Origin: a virus
Lineage: Duplodnaviria > Caudoviricetes
DNA length: 45,300 nt
Strand: one strand, 5' to 3'
IMG/VR virus record: IMGVR_UViG_3300030207_002883
Span: 1-45,300 of that record
The notes beneath the pieces are model-generated. The model was not told the DNA's origin and did not search any database. It saw only the letters and a list, made by a program, of their open reading frames with translations. This document shows, in pieces, positions 34,008 to 43,063 of the stretch. Each line of letters opens with the position of its first letter. The first letter of the stretch is position 1. Made by a program: the position numbers and the translations under genes.

Positions 34008-35933
34008 ATGTTAATTGCAGTCGATACAGAAACAACAGGACTTGATCTATTTGGGGGTGATTGCCCCTTCGCAATTTCTACTTGCGATGAAACCGGAGCC
34101 ACTAGATTCTGGGAGTGGGACGTTGATCCAAAAACTAGACAGGTGATGCCCCCTTCAGAAGAGATAGCAGAATTTACTGACTACATTGATGGAAACACTC
34201 TAGTTTTCCACAACATAAAATTTGACCTGAGGGCTTTAAGTAACCTTGGAATAAGAATTCACTTTAAGCAGGTTGATCCTATACGAGAGCAGGAGTGGAA
34301 GACACTACCTTACTGTGACCACAAATACGAAGCAGTTTGTGAAACCTTCGAGGATACACTGTTAGCAGCCCATGTCTGTGACAGCGTCGAGAGCCACGGT
34401 CTAAAGCCCCTCTCAGAGAAGTACTTAGATATTCTAGTTGATGACGAAGAAGAGCTTCTGGAGGCTGTGAGAGCGTCTAGGAGGGCAGCGAAGAGTAAAA
34501 AGAACTGGAACCTAGCCCCAAATGTGAAAGGGGACTACTGGCTCCCTAAAGCCATTGATAGTTCTTCTACTGTTCTTAAAAAGTATGCAGTGCAAGATGC
34601 AGTCAGAACTATGTTGTTATGGCACATGTACTCTGGGGTAATGGAGCGTGAAAAGTTTACGCCCCAGTACAGAACCCGTAAGGCTTTAACTCCAATTACC
34701 TACCGGATGGAGACTACCGGAGTTACCGTTAAAAAGGTTTTACTGGGAAGAGAAATAAAACGGTATGAGGATGCAGCATTAGTTGAAGAGGCTAAGTGTA
34801 TCCAGCTTGTTGAATCCAGAGACTACTTGGATGAAGAATTTAACATTCGTTCTGGGAAGCAGATACAGAAGGTACTGTATGGCGATCCTGAAGGAGCCTC
34901 TTCCCTCAGAAAGAGAGGATTAAATTGTCCTATCATTCAGTTCACAGAGTCGGGTCAACTGAGTACATCAGCAGATGTTCTTCTAGAGTTGTATGAAGGT
35001 CATGTACGACCTAGATCAAAAGCCAAAGAGTTTGTAGCAAACATACTCAGGTATCGAAAGAATAAAACCTGCGCTCAATACTTAGAGAGTTACAAGCAGG
35101 GGTTACAAAGGGAAGGGAAGAGAACCTTACTGCACCCTTCGTTTAACCAAACTGGAACTAGAACAACACGATGGTCATCTAGTAATCCTAACGGACAGAA
35201 TATTGGGTCTGGAGGCAAGGATGCGTTTGGAAATGAAGTGGACGATTTTTGTCTTCGTGATGTGTTTGGCCCTTCCGCTGGACGGGTATGGTTATCCATT
35301 GATTATTCTCAGCTGGAGCTGCGGATACTTAGTGTGCTTGCGCAAGAGCATAAACTTCTCGAAGCCTTTGAAGGAGACGGAGACATCCACACCCTTACTG
35401 CTGACCTCTGTGGAATCTCTCGTAAAGCAGCTAAGGGCGTTAATTATGGAATCATATATGGGGCAGGACAAGAAAAACTAGAGGCCATGACGGGTCTAGA
35501 AAACTTCAATGAAGTATTTAGTAAAGCCTACCCCAGAGTTAGTGAGTTTATGAATGAAACCACTCGTAAGGTGAAGAAGGATGGGTATGTAAAAACCATT
35601 GGAGGGTATCGCCTCACTGTCCCCAGAGACAAACCTTACATCGGAACTAACTATATCATTCAGGGGTCTGCGGGTGACATTCTAAATCGAGCAATGATTC
35701 AGGTAGACAACTATCTTAAGTTTAACGATGACTTTCCTGATAACAATGATGGCTACCTGATCATGTGTATTCATGACGAATTAGTTTTTGATTTTGATAG
35801 GAAGTCATTGGGAGATGCTCCCCAAAAGATTAAAAAACTCATGGAAGAGGCAGGAATTGACCTTGGAGTTAAGACTCCCGTTGATGTTGAACGTATCGAT
35901 CAGAAATGGTCAAAGGGAAAGGTCTTAAAGTGA
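34008..35933 (+). CDS. polA: family A DNA polymerase with 3'-5' exonuclease
   Basis: Exo DTETTG, HNIKFD, YAVQD; motif A DYSQLELR, motif B RKAAKGVNYGIIYG, motif C IHDEL; start at ATG 34008. Confidence 0.95.
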   Translation: MLIAVDTETTGLDLFGGDCPFAISTCDETGATRFWEWDVDPKTRQVMPPSEEIAEFTDYIDGNTLVFHNIKFDLRALSNLGIRIHFKQVDPIREQEWKTLPYCDHKYEAVCETFEDTLLAAHVCDSVESHGLKPLSEKYLDILVDDEEELLEAVRASRRAAKSKKNWNLAPNVKGDYWLPKAIDSSSTVLKKYAVQDAVRTMLLWHMYSGVMEREKFTPQYRTRKALTPITYRMETTGVTVKKVLLGREIKRYEDAALVEEAKCIQLVESRDYLDEEFNIRSGKQIQKVLYGDPEGASSLRKRGLNCPIIQFTESGQLSTSADVLLELYEGHVRPRSKAKEFVANILRYRKNKTCAQYLESYKQGLQREGKRTLLHPSFNQTGTRTTRWSSSNPNGQNIGSGGKDAFGNEVDDFCLRDVFGPSAGRVWLSIDYSQLELRILSVLAQEHKLLEAFEGDGDIHTLTADLCGISRKAAKGVNYGIIYGAGQEKLEAMTGLENFNEVFSKAYPRVSEFMNETTRKVKKDGYVKTIGGYRLTVPRDKPYIGTNYIIQGSAGDILNRAMIQVDNYLKFNDDFPDNNDGYLIMCIHDELVFDFDRKSLGDAPQKIKKLMEEAGIDLGVKTPVDVERIDQKWSKGKVLK

Positions 35934-36025
35934 TTTTGTTTTTTGGAATACTTACTGGCTTTATCCTCTCGTTAAGTTTCTTCATTTATCAAGTAAAGGA
36001 GTATTTGAAAATCAATGGACATTGA
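35930..36025 (+). CDS. small membrane peptide (31 aa, not in ORF track)
   Basis: GTG overlapping the polA stop; ILFFGILTGFILSLSFFIY. Confidence 0.4.
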   Translation: MILFFGILTGFILSLSFFIYQVKEYLKINGH

Positions 36026-36287
36026 TCGTGAAATGTTTAAGAAGTACCTTACTCCAAAGGATAAATTTATGCTTCAAGACGAACCGCCTAAACCAGTTAA
36101 TCCTGAACCACAGGGGACAAAACCATGTCCCTTCTGTGGTCATTTCTTCCCGCAGCTTCTGGAATCAGATGATTTGTGTTGGATATCTTGTATCCAATGT
36201 GATGCTGATGGGCCACCTAAACCTACTGCTAATGAAGCACAAAGAGCGTGGAACACTCGACCTTACCAAGGAGACGGTAAGAATTAA
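36015..36287 (+). CDS. Lar-like restriction alleviation Zn-finger protein
   Basis: KPCPFCG...CIQCDADGP...EAQRAWNTR signature. Confidence 0.8.
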   Translation: MDIDREMFKKYLTPKDKFMLQDEPPKPVNPEPQGTKPCPFCGHFFPQLLESDDLCWISCIQCDADGPPKPTANEAQRAWNTRPYQGDGKN

Positions 36288-36343
36288 ATTCAGGATTTTG
36301 TAAGGAATACCGTTTGACATACCGATATGGGTTATAGTAAGAT
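36282..36343. promoter_or_regulatory. partial 28-bp motif (minus strand, 36282-36309) adjacent to a rightward promoter candidate
   Basis: Reverse complement TATTCCTTACAAAATCCTGAATTTAATT; TTGACA(36314)-18 nt-TAAGAT(36338). Confidence 0.5.
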
Positions 36344-36380
36344 TCTTGTATTACTAAATCAAACCTTTGAGGAGATAAAA

Positions 36381-36548
36381 ATGTCAGACTGTCCCCAAAC
36401 ATCACAGTACGAATGGAACCGAGGCGAATCGAACAGCCCTCTTAGACTAAGTGCGGAAGAAAGGTTCGAACTCAAATGGGATTCCATTTACTGGGAGATC
36501 GAAAACGCAATTAAAGCTACACAACCAAAACAACAACCCAACTGGTAA
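36381..36548 (+). CDS. hypothetical protein
   Basis: GAGGAG RBS before ATG 36381. Confidence 0.6.
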   Translation: MSDCPQTSQYEWNRGESNSPLRLSAEERFELKWDSIYWEIENAIKATQPKQQPNW

Positions 36549-36568
36549 GAATGACAGGAGCCTAAGTC

Positions 36569-37210
36569 ATGAATTTCTCAGCACTACTAGAACAGAAAAT
36601 CGAAGAACACAAAGCACAGCGAAAAGAGCTGGAACTACAGCATGATCGTCGTATAGTAACCCAGACGAACAATCTGAATGCACTTCTGGATGAGATCAAA
36701 GCACCTCTCGAATCGCTTGGTTACTACGTTAATGTTCACTCTGGAAGTATGAACTACTCTCGAATGTGGAAGAATCCTAGTGACGAGCTGGAAGCTAATC
36801 AGCAGCGTTATCAAGACCATCCACATCTGCACGGAGCGTGGATTGATATCCACATTGGTCGTGACAAGTTGCGACCAGAAGACCGTAGAGTTCGACCTTG
36901 GGGTCGCCACGGTCATGCTCAGTCTTGGAGTCGTAAAACGGGTAAACCTGCTGGTGGTAAGCATGATGCTTTTATCAAGATTGCTTGGTTTCAGGATGAA
37001 ACTGGTGGGTGCGAGCATCGATGGGTTATCTCACCCAATGTTTGTTATAAGGACAACGAGCGTGTCTCAAGTGACCTCGTGAACCACCAAGTGGTTTACC
37101 GAGAAACTCGTCATGATTGCAAAGCGACCGTACTGCGATTCCTTAGTGACATTATTGCAGAAGTAGTTAATTACGAATCACATTTGAAAAACGAATTAGG
37201 AGTCAAATAA
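36569..37210 (+). CDS. hypothetical protein
   Basis: 213 aa with AGGAG RBS. Confidence 0.75.
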   Translation: MNFSALLEQKIEEHKAQRKELELQHDRRIVTQTNNLNALLDEIKAPLESLGYYVNVHSGSMNYSRMWKNPSDELEANQQRYQDHPHLHGAWIDIHIGRDKLRPEDRRVRPWGRHGHAQSWSRKTGKPAGGKHDAFIKIAWFQDETGGCEHRWVISPNVCYKDNERVSSDLVNHQVVYRETRHDCKATVLRFLSDIIAEVVNYESHLKNELGVK

Positions 37211-37578
37211 TGAGTAGCCATTCTATAACAACCGCCCTCACTGGTGAGGTCAAGATACTTGAAGGACTGCATCTGGATTACCAGTGTGCGATAACCGCAG
37301 ATGTTAATGTTGATCACGACAAGGGTGATCAATGGAACCCGCCAACGACCGACTACGAGGTAACTGAGATAACCTCTCTTGAGTTTGAGTACATGAGTTA
37401 CTTCGATGATGAAGAGAAGGACTTGACGCTGACTGAGTACTGTTTGCGTCACGGAGAAGAGTATCACAAAATACTTTCGATAGTGACCGACATTACGAAG
37501 GAGTATGTGGAAGAGCATCTTAATGAGTATGTCTCACAAAACCCATGCGAACTTGACGACTACGAATCCTACATCTAA
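37210..37578 (+). CDS. hypothetical acidic protein
   Basis: 122 aa, D/E/Y-rich. Confidence 0.75.
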   Translation: MSSHSITTALTGEVKILEGLHLDYQCAITADVNVDHDKGDQWNPPTTDYEVTEITSLEFEYMSYFDDEEKDLTLTEYCLRHGEEYHKILSIVTDITKEYVEEHLNEYVSQNPCELDDYESYI

Positions 37579-37604
37579 TCGAATCAGCCATAAGGAGCTA
37601 AACA

Positions 37605-39647
37605 ATGGCAACTAAAGTAAAAAGCAAGAATGGTGACAACAAGGTAGCAATGTTTACCTGTCACGGAATTGAACTCCAAGACAAAGGTGGAACTCAAGTC
37701 ATTGGTGACTGCCCCTTCTGTGACAAGGAGGGTAAGTTCTACGTTTCTAAAGCCAGAGGTCAGTACCACTGTAAGACCTGTGGGGAGAAAGGTAATGGTT
37801 ACAATTTCCTGACTAAAATAGCTGAACAGTGTCGTGAAGATACGACTGAGAAGCAGTACAAGGAATTTGGCAAAGAACGGGGAATCTCTCAGTACGTTTT
37901 GAAACGTGAGAAGATAGCCTACGACAAGTTCACTGATCGTTGGTTGATTCCCATCTGGACTCCCACTTCAGAGAATGTGGTTAACCTGATGACCTACGAC
38001 AAATCCCTTACCAAGGGGAAGACTCGTAGTACCACAGGTTGCGCTCGACATCTCTACAGAGCTAACAAGATTGGTGACACTGGCCCTATATACGTCTGTG
38101 AGGGCGAATGGGACACTCTAGCCCTCCTGAGCCTAATGGATAAGGCAGGGATTACAACTGCGTCTGTAGTGGGCGTAGGAGGTGCTGAGACGTTTAAGAA
38201 AGACTGGGTTCAGTACTTTAAGGATCGTCATGTAATACTTCTGTACGATAACGATGCTTCTGGTCAGGACGGTAAGATTAAAGTGATTGATACCCTCCGT
38301 GACACTGCGAAGACTTTACAGTCTATCCATTGGCCTGTAAACACTCCTGACAAGTATGATGTCCGTGATCTGATCAATGAGTATGGAACATCTAAGAAGA
38401 CTTGGAAGAGGCTTCAGGAGATGATTCTGGACGATGCTGGTAAGTCCTCTAAGCCCAAGGTAAAGAGAACCAGCTTCAATTCATTACTGAAGGACTTCAA
38501 GTCCAAGCTACACTTCAACAAGGACATGGAAGAAGCCTTGTTAATGACCATCTCAACTGTTGCCAGCAACATGATTATTGGCGATCCGTTGTGGATATAT
38601 CTGGTTGGCCCCCCCGGTTGTGGAAAATCCATGATCCTTCAATCCTTCCAGAATGCTGAAGCCTGTATCTTCAGGTCTAAGCTAACAGCTACTGCTTTCG
38701 TTTCAGGGATGAAACAAGAAGATGGCTCTGACCCATCCCTCCTGTCTCAGCTAGATGGTAACACTCTACTGATTAAAGACTTTACTGCCATCAAGAGTAT
38801 GCCTATTGTTGTTCAGGAGAATTTGTATGGAATCCTTCGTGATGCCTATGATGGTTCGGTTCTTGTTGAGTATGGGAATGGGGTTAAGCGTAATTACCCC
38901 AAGGTTCACTTTTCTATCGTCGCTGGGATTACTGATGTTGTTCACGGGGATAATAGGGCTGCTCTTGGAGAACGATTCTTAAAGGTGGAGATGATCCCCT
39001 CTGACAAAGAATACAATCAGGATGCGCAGATCAGGGCTTCCTTAAAGAACTTGGTAGCAAACGTAAAAGCAGAGCATGGTCTTAAAGATTGTGTGGAAGC
39101 ATTTATCTATCACCTGACTGAGAAATACAATGAAGATAACCTTCCAGATGTTCCAGATTGGGTCATCGACAGGGTGGTATCTCTATGCCAGATCGTAGGT
39201 AAACTACGCTCCAGCGTTCTCAGAGAGCGTAATGAAGACGTATCTTATCGTCCTAGACCTGAGATTGGTACTCGACTAGCTAACCAGTTAGTGAAGTTGG
39301 GGCGATCCTGTGCTTACGTTAAAGGCAAAGATGCTATCGACGAAGAGATTTATAAACTGATGGAGAAGGTAGCATTCTCGACTGCTCATGGGTGGCACAG
39401 TGAAATCTATCGTGAGATGATTCACAACCCTTATGGCATAACCGTAGAGAAACTTGCAGAAGCCCTTCAGATATCAATCTCTTCTGTTCAGCGACGACTA
39501 GTAGACCTTCAGGAGCTGAAGATTGTAGTCAGCGAGAAGATTAAGAAAGGTAAGGCAGGTCGTCCTACTAATCTGTGGAAAGTTACCGACGATATGAGAC
39601 AGCACTGGGAGAATGCCAGTGTGAGTTTGAAAAGGATTAAACGATGA
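37605..39647 (+). CDS. primase-helicase (Zn finger + TOPRIM + AAA+/MCM-like ATPase + C-terminal HTH)
   Basis: CPFC..CKTC; CEGEWD, YDND, DVRD; GPPGCGKS, LLIKDF, GERFL; EKLAEALQISISSVQRRL. Confidence 0.85.
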   Translation: MATKVKSKNGDNKVAMFTCHGIELQDKGGTQVIGDCPFCDKEGKFYVSKARGQYHCKTCGEKGNGYNFLTKIAEQCREDTTEKQYKEFGKERGISQYVLKREKIAYDKFTDRWLIPIWTPTSENVVNLMTYDKSLTKGKTRSTTGCARHLYRANKIGDTGPIYVCEGEWDTLALLSLMDKAGITTASVVGVGGAETFKKDWVQYFKDRHVILLYDNDASGQDGKIKVIDTLRDTAKTLQSIHWPVNTPDKYDVRDLINEYGTSKKTWKRLQEMILDDAGKSSKPKVKRTSFNSLLKDFKSKLHFNKDMEEALLMTISTVASNMIIGDPLWIYLVGPPGCGKSMILQSFQNAEACIFRSKLTATAFVSGMKQEDGSDPSLLSQLDGNTLLIKDFTAIKSMPIVVQENLYGILRDAYDGSVLVEYGNGVKRNYPKVHFSIVAGITDVVHGDNRAALGERFLKVEMIPSDKEYNQDAQIRASLKNLVANVKAEHGLKDCVEAFIYHLTEKYNEDNLPDVPDWVIDRVVSLCQIVGKLRSSVLRERNEDVSYRPRPEIGTRLANQLVKLGRSCAYVKGKDAIDEEIYKLMEKVAFSTAHGWHSEIYREMIHNPYGITVEKLAEALQISISSVQRRLVDLQELKIVVSEKIKKGKAGRPTNLWKVTDDMRQHWENASVSLKRIKR

Positions 39648-39874
39648 TTGCTAATAATGACCCCGCTAGTGATAATAAAGAAGATATCACAGCTCAGATA
39701 GGCTCCAAAATTTTGAAACTGTTAGGACAGGAATGCATGGAGCATGATCTGGACTTAAAGTCCGGTGCAAGAATTTTGATTCAAGTTATTGATCACATTA
39801 AAACTATGGATGAGCTGTTTACAGCTTTAGAGAAAGTTAAAGCCCAATCAGAAGGAGATAGCAATGGCAATTAA
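39644..39874 (+). CDS. hypothetical protein
   Basis: ATGA overlap with previous gene; 76 aa. Confidence 0.65.
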   Translation: MIANNDPASDNKEDITAQIGSKILKLLGQECMEHDLDLKSGARILIQVIDHIKTMDELFTALEKVKAQSEGDSNGN

Positions 39875-40238
39875 AGGTTTTCAGGTAGAGATGCGTGTAG
39901 TGGTTTTTGATGAAGCAGGGGCAAGGCCCCAAGGGTTTTGTGGGGTCGGAGGATACAATTTTGTGTCCGAAGACCTGATAGAACCAGAGAGGTTCGACTT
40001 CCTCCAGAAAAGAGTGCATATGATTGCAGATGAGTTAATTAACAAAGCATCAGCTCGGGTAAACGCAGAGGGAGTAGTAGAACCATTAGACGGTGACGAG
40101 TATACAGCTCTTCAAATACATGAGATGGCTGATATTGTGGCTGAAGGGAAGTTCGATTGTAAGGTTTTCAAAACGACCAATGAAGATGGCTCGATTTCCC
40201 TTACTTTCACCCTGATAGACCCTGAACCTCTTAATTAA
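39864..40238 (+). CDS. hypothetical protein
   Basis: 124 aa with AAGGAG RBS. Confidence 0.7.
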   Translation: MAIKGFQVEMRVVVFDEAGARPQGFCGVGGYNFVSEDLIEPERFDFLQKRVHMIADELINKASARVNAEGVVEPLDGDEYTALQIHEMADIVAEGKFDCKVFKTTNEDGSISLTFTLIDPEPLN

Positions 40239-40260
40239 AATCCCGATTTTGTAACCTATA
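40233..40260 (-). promoter_or_regulatory. copy of dispersed 28-bp motif
   Basis: Reverse complement TATAGGTTACAAAATCGGGATTTTAATT. Confidence 0.6.
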
Positions 40261-40306
40261 GTATATAACTTTTTACTCTATTTTTACCGTATGCAAAGGA
40301 GTAGCA

Positions 40307-41599
40307 ATGGCTCGGACAAAAAAAGAAAACCCCCCTGCACCCCCCACAGCAGGCATCAGGGAGTTAGTATGGGTTGATCCTCAGACTCTTGATGAGAATC
40401 CTCTTAATTGGCGCAAACACCCCAACAGGCAAAAGAATGCCATTGGAGCATCTATCAAGGCTAACGGTTGGGCTGACACTCTTCTCTTTAATGAGACGAC
40501 TGGAAGACTAATCGATGGTCATGCTCGACGGGCTGTTGCTATCAGAGAAGGCATCGACTCAGTCCCAGTCTTAGTTGGAGCGTGGACAGAGGAGCAAGAG
40601 AAACATCTACTTGCAACTCTAGACCCCATGGCTGCAATGGCTGAGACTGATGCTGGTGCTTTATCAACTCTTACCGACATGATAAAGCAGGACAAAGAAG
40701 CCTTTTCGAAGCTGGAAGAGAAGGATCAAGAGATACTAGAAACAGTCACAGAAGAGATAGATACCTATGCCTTTAATGTTTCTATCGGTGATGATCGAAG
40801 TACTTTTCTTCCCAAGCAAAAAATTATTACAGAGGTAGAACAGGTTAGTAGACATGAGGGCCACGAGTCCGCTATCGTTTTAGAAATTGATGAAGATGTT
40901 ATTTTTCATTCAGATAATGAATGGGGAATACCTGATCTGTTAGAAGAAGGACTCACTGAACTTGTACCCGAGGGAACTTGGGACAGATCAGAAGACTCTA
41001 ACTTAGCCAGCTCTTGGTATTGTCAATCTGCAAGACCTTTTCCTAAAGATAGAGAAGGGGGGATACTAGGTTTCTTTACTGAAGATTATCGTTTTGAAAC
41101 CTATTGGAATAATAAAACTTCTAACCTCCATAGACTGGCATCAGAAGAGTGGGGAGGCGTTTGTACCCCTGATTTTTCTGTTTATTCCGATCAACCTTTT
41201 GCGGTACAATTACATAATGTCTACAGGTCACGATGGTTAGCGAGATTTTGGCAAGAAGCAGGTATTCCTATTCTTCCCACAATTCAAGGGATGTCTTATG
41301 ACAAGACTTCTCATGATTGGATACTAGAAACTTTACCTTTGAGACCGCCTGTTATTGCTTTACAGTGTAGAACAATAACTCGTAGGAGTAGTAGTAAAAG
41401 ATATTGGACTGAATTCCACCAACTCATTGAGGATACAGTACGAATTCTTCAACCTAAAGTACTAGTACTTTACGGAGGAATTGAACTTAAAAGACATCTA
41501 GGAGCTGGTCTAGCCAGTATAAAATCAACAGAATTTGTTTTACTCGATAGTTATATGACTAAACGAAGACACAAAATACAGGAAGAAAAAAATGGTTAA
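40307..41599 (+). CDS. ParB/Srx-like N-terminal domain fused to a DUF4417-like domain
   Basis: NPLNWRKH...LIDGHAR (ParB); NEWGIP, FFTEDYRFE, TPDFSVYSD, NVYRSRWLARFWQEAGI.ILPTI (DUF4417). Confidence 0.8.
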   Translation: MARTKKENPPAPPTAGIRELVWVDPQTLDENPLNWRKHPNRQKNAIGASIKANGWADTLLFNETTGRLIDGHARRAVAIREGIDSVPVLVGAWTEEQEKHLLATLDPMAAMAETDAGALSTLTDMIKQDKEAFSKLEEKDQEILETVTEEIDTYAFNVSIGDDRSTFLPKQKIITEVEQVSRHEGHESAIVLEIDEDVIFHSDNEWGIPDLLEEGLTELVPEGTWDRSEDSNLASSWYCQSARPFPKDREGGILGFFTEDYRFETYWNNKTSNLHRLASEEWGGVCTPDFSVYSDQPFAVQLHNVYRSRWLARFWQEAGIPILPTIQGMSYDKTSHDWILETLPLRPPVIALQCRTITRRSSSKRYWTEFHQLIEDTVRILQPKVLVLYGGIELKRHLGAGLASIKSTEFVLLDSYMTKRRHKIQEEKNG

Positions 41600-42095
41600 A
41601 GATAGCAGCAGAGAAGCCTACATGGGTTCAAAGAAGAAAGCGACCTCGTTTGCTAAAAAAGAAGCAGATATGCGTCAGAAGCATAAAGCAGCAGTTGCTA
41701 AACATGGAAAGGATAGTAAACAAGCTGCATCTGCTTGGGACAAAGTTTTAAGCGCGCAGCGATCTGCGGGTCGAGCTAGAAAAACTCAAGAGCGTCGAGG
41801 TGAGGCTTACGGTTGGAAAGCAGGAAAGACTTCTAAAGCAACTGAAAAGGCTACGAAGACATTAGCAAAGGCAACAAGAGGTTTTAAAGTCTCTAAGGGG
41901 AGACAAGCAACTATTGATGCCAACAAGGATTCGAGAAGACAAACCCGAGCAGCAATCAAAAAAGACCCAAGCTGGTCTAAAGCGAACAAGGCTTATAAAA
42001 ATGCTAAGTCTTCTAAAGGTAGAGCGCAAGCATCCAGAAGAAGAAATGCTGCTGCTAACAGAGTAAAAGCTAAACTTGCAAAAGGTAAAGGCTAA
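41592..42095 (+). CDS. highly basic K/A/R-rich protein
   Basis: 167 aa, low complexity, histone H1-like composition. Confidence 0.75.
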   Translation: MVKDSSREAYMGSKKKATSFAKKEADMRQKHKAAVAKHGKDSKQAASAWDKVLSAQRSAGRARKTQERRGEAYGWKAGKTSKATEKATKTLAKATRGFKVSKGRQATIDANKDSRRQTRAAIKKDPSWSKANKAYKNAKSSKGRAQASRRRNAAANRVKAKLAKGKG

Positions 42096-42177
42096 TAAAA
42101 GGGCTTGGGGCGGTGTAGTGATTGGACTTGGCTACTCAGTTTATGATCTGCACCGCCTTCCTACTTAGGAAAAAACA

Positions 42178-42471
42178 ATGGCAAAGAGAAAATTAAAAAA
42201 GCCATTCAAGGGTTACAACAAAAAAAAGAATCATCCCGAGGGAGGACTCAAGCCTTCCTACGCAAAGAAGTTAGGCATCAGGGCAGGCATCGAAACCAAA
42301 AGAGAAGCAGAACGCAAAGGTGGTGTCCGCAAAATGTCCAAAAAGACTCAGGCTAGACGCAAGAGTTTCTGTGCCAGAATGAAAGGTATGAAGCGTAAAC
42401 TAACTAGCGCTAAAACTGCCAACGATCCCAACAGTAAAATCAACGCATCATTAAGAGTTTGGAAATGCTGA
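42178..42471 (+). CDS. basic phage protein (DUF6321-like)
   Basis: RRKSFCARMKGMK...DPNSKINASLRVWKC motif. Confidence 0.75.
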   Translation: MAKRKLKKPFKGYNKKKNHPEGGLKPSYAKKLGIRAGIETKREAERKGGVRKMSKKTQARRKSFCARMKGMKRKLTSAKTANDPNSKINASLRVWKC

Positions 42472-42472
42472 T

Positions 42473-42742
42473 ATGACTAAATTACGAAAAACTTTGCCTC
42501 CTCCAAAGCCATTACGCCCAGTAGAGCGTTCTAGGGGAAGAAAACCAAAAGGTGGATATGCGTCTCATATAAAGAAGCAGCAAGAAGGGAAATCCTTTAA
42601 CAAAAAAGCTCTAACAAATTTGAGTAGAGTTAATAAGAAAAGAGGCAGACAGGCTATGAAAAACCTTGCAGCGTCAGGAAGAAAGTATCGTGACGGGACT
42701 TTTCATGGCAGCTCTAAAGCCTTCAAAGATATTAGAAAGTAG
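42473..42742 (+). CDS. small K/R-rich protein
   Basis: 89 aa, tightly packed in the operon. Confidence 0.65.
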   Translation: MTKLRKTLPPPKPLRPVERSRGRKPKGGYASHIKKQQEGKSFNKKALTNLSRVNKKRGRQAMKNLAASGRKYRDGTFHGSSKAFKDIRK

Positions 42743-42749
42743 AGAAATC

Positions 42750-42890
42750 ATGCCAAAGTTAAATGGAAAGAAATTTAGTTACACCGCCAAAGGTAAAAAG
42801 GCTTATCAAAAAGCGAAAGCCCAAAAGATGAAGGGTAAACGCAAAGTCGCTGTTCGTGAAAAGATGGGGATAAACTATAAATCAGCATGA
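42750..42890 (+). CDS. small K-rich protein
   Basis: MPKLNGKKFSYTAKGKKAY...; start at ATG 42750. Confidence 0.7.
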   Translation: MPKLNGKKFSYTAKGKKAYQKAKAQKMKGKRKVAVREKMGINYKSA

Positions 42891-43063
42891 GTAAGTTCTT
42901 ACCAAAACGAAGTACATTAACAAAACGTGGCAGCTATACCCGTGGAGCTTTTCGCAAGAGTCAAGCTACCCGACGAAAGCTAAAACATAAACGGTCACAA
43001 GAACAAAATCTTGGCAAAGTTATGCGTAAAGCCTTGTCTAAGAAAAAAGAAGGCTTCTATTAA
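42887..43063 (+). CDS. small K/R-rich protein (58 aa, not in ORF track)
   Basis: MSKFLPKRSTLTKRGSYTRGAFRKSQATRRKLKHKRSQEQNLGKVMRKALSKKKEGFY; overlaps both neighbours. Confidence 0.7.
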   Translation: MSKFLPKRSTLTKRGSYTRGAFRKSQATRRKLKHKRSQEQNLGKVMRKALSKKKEGFY

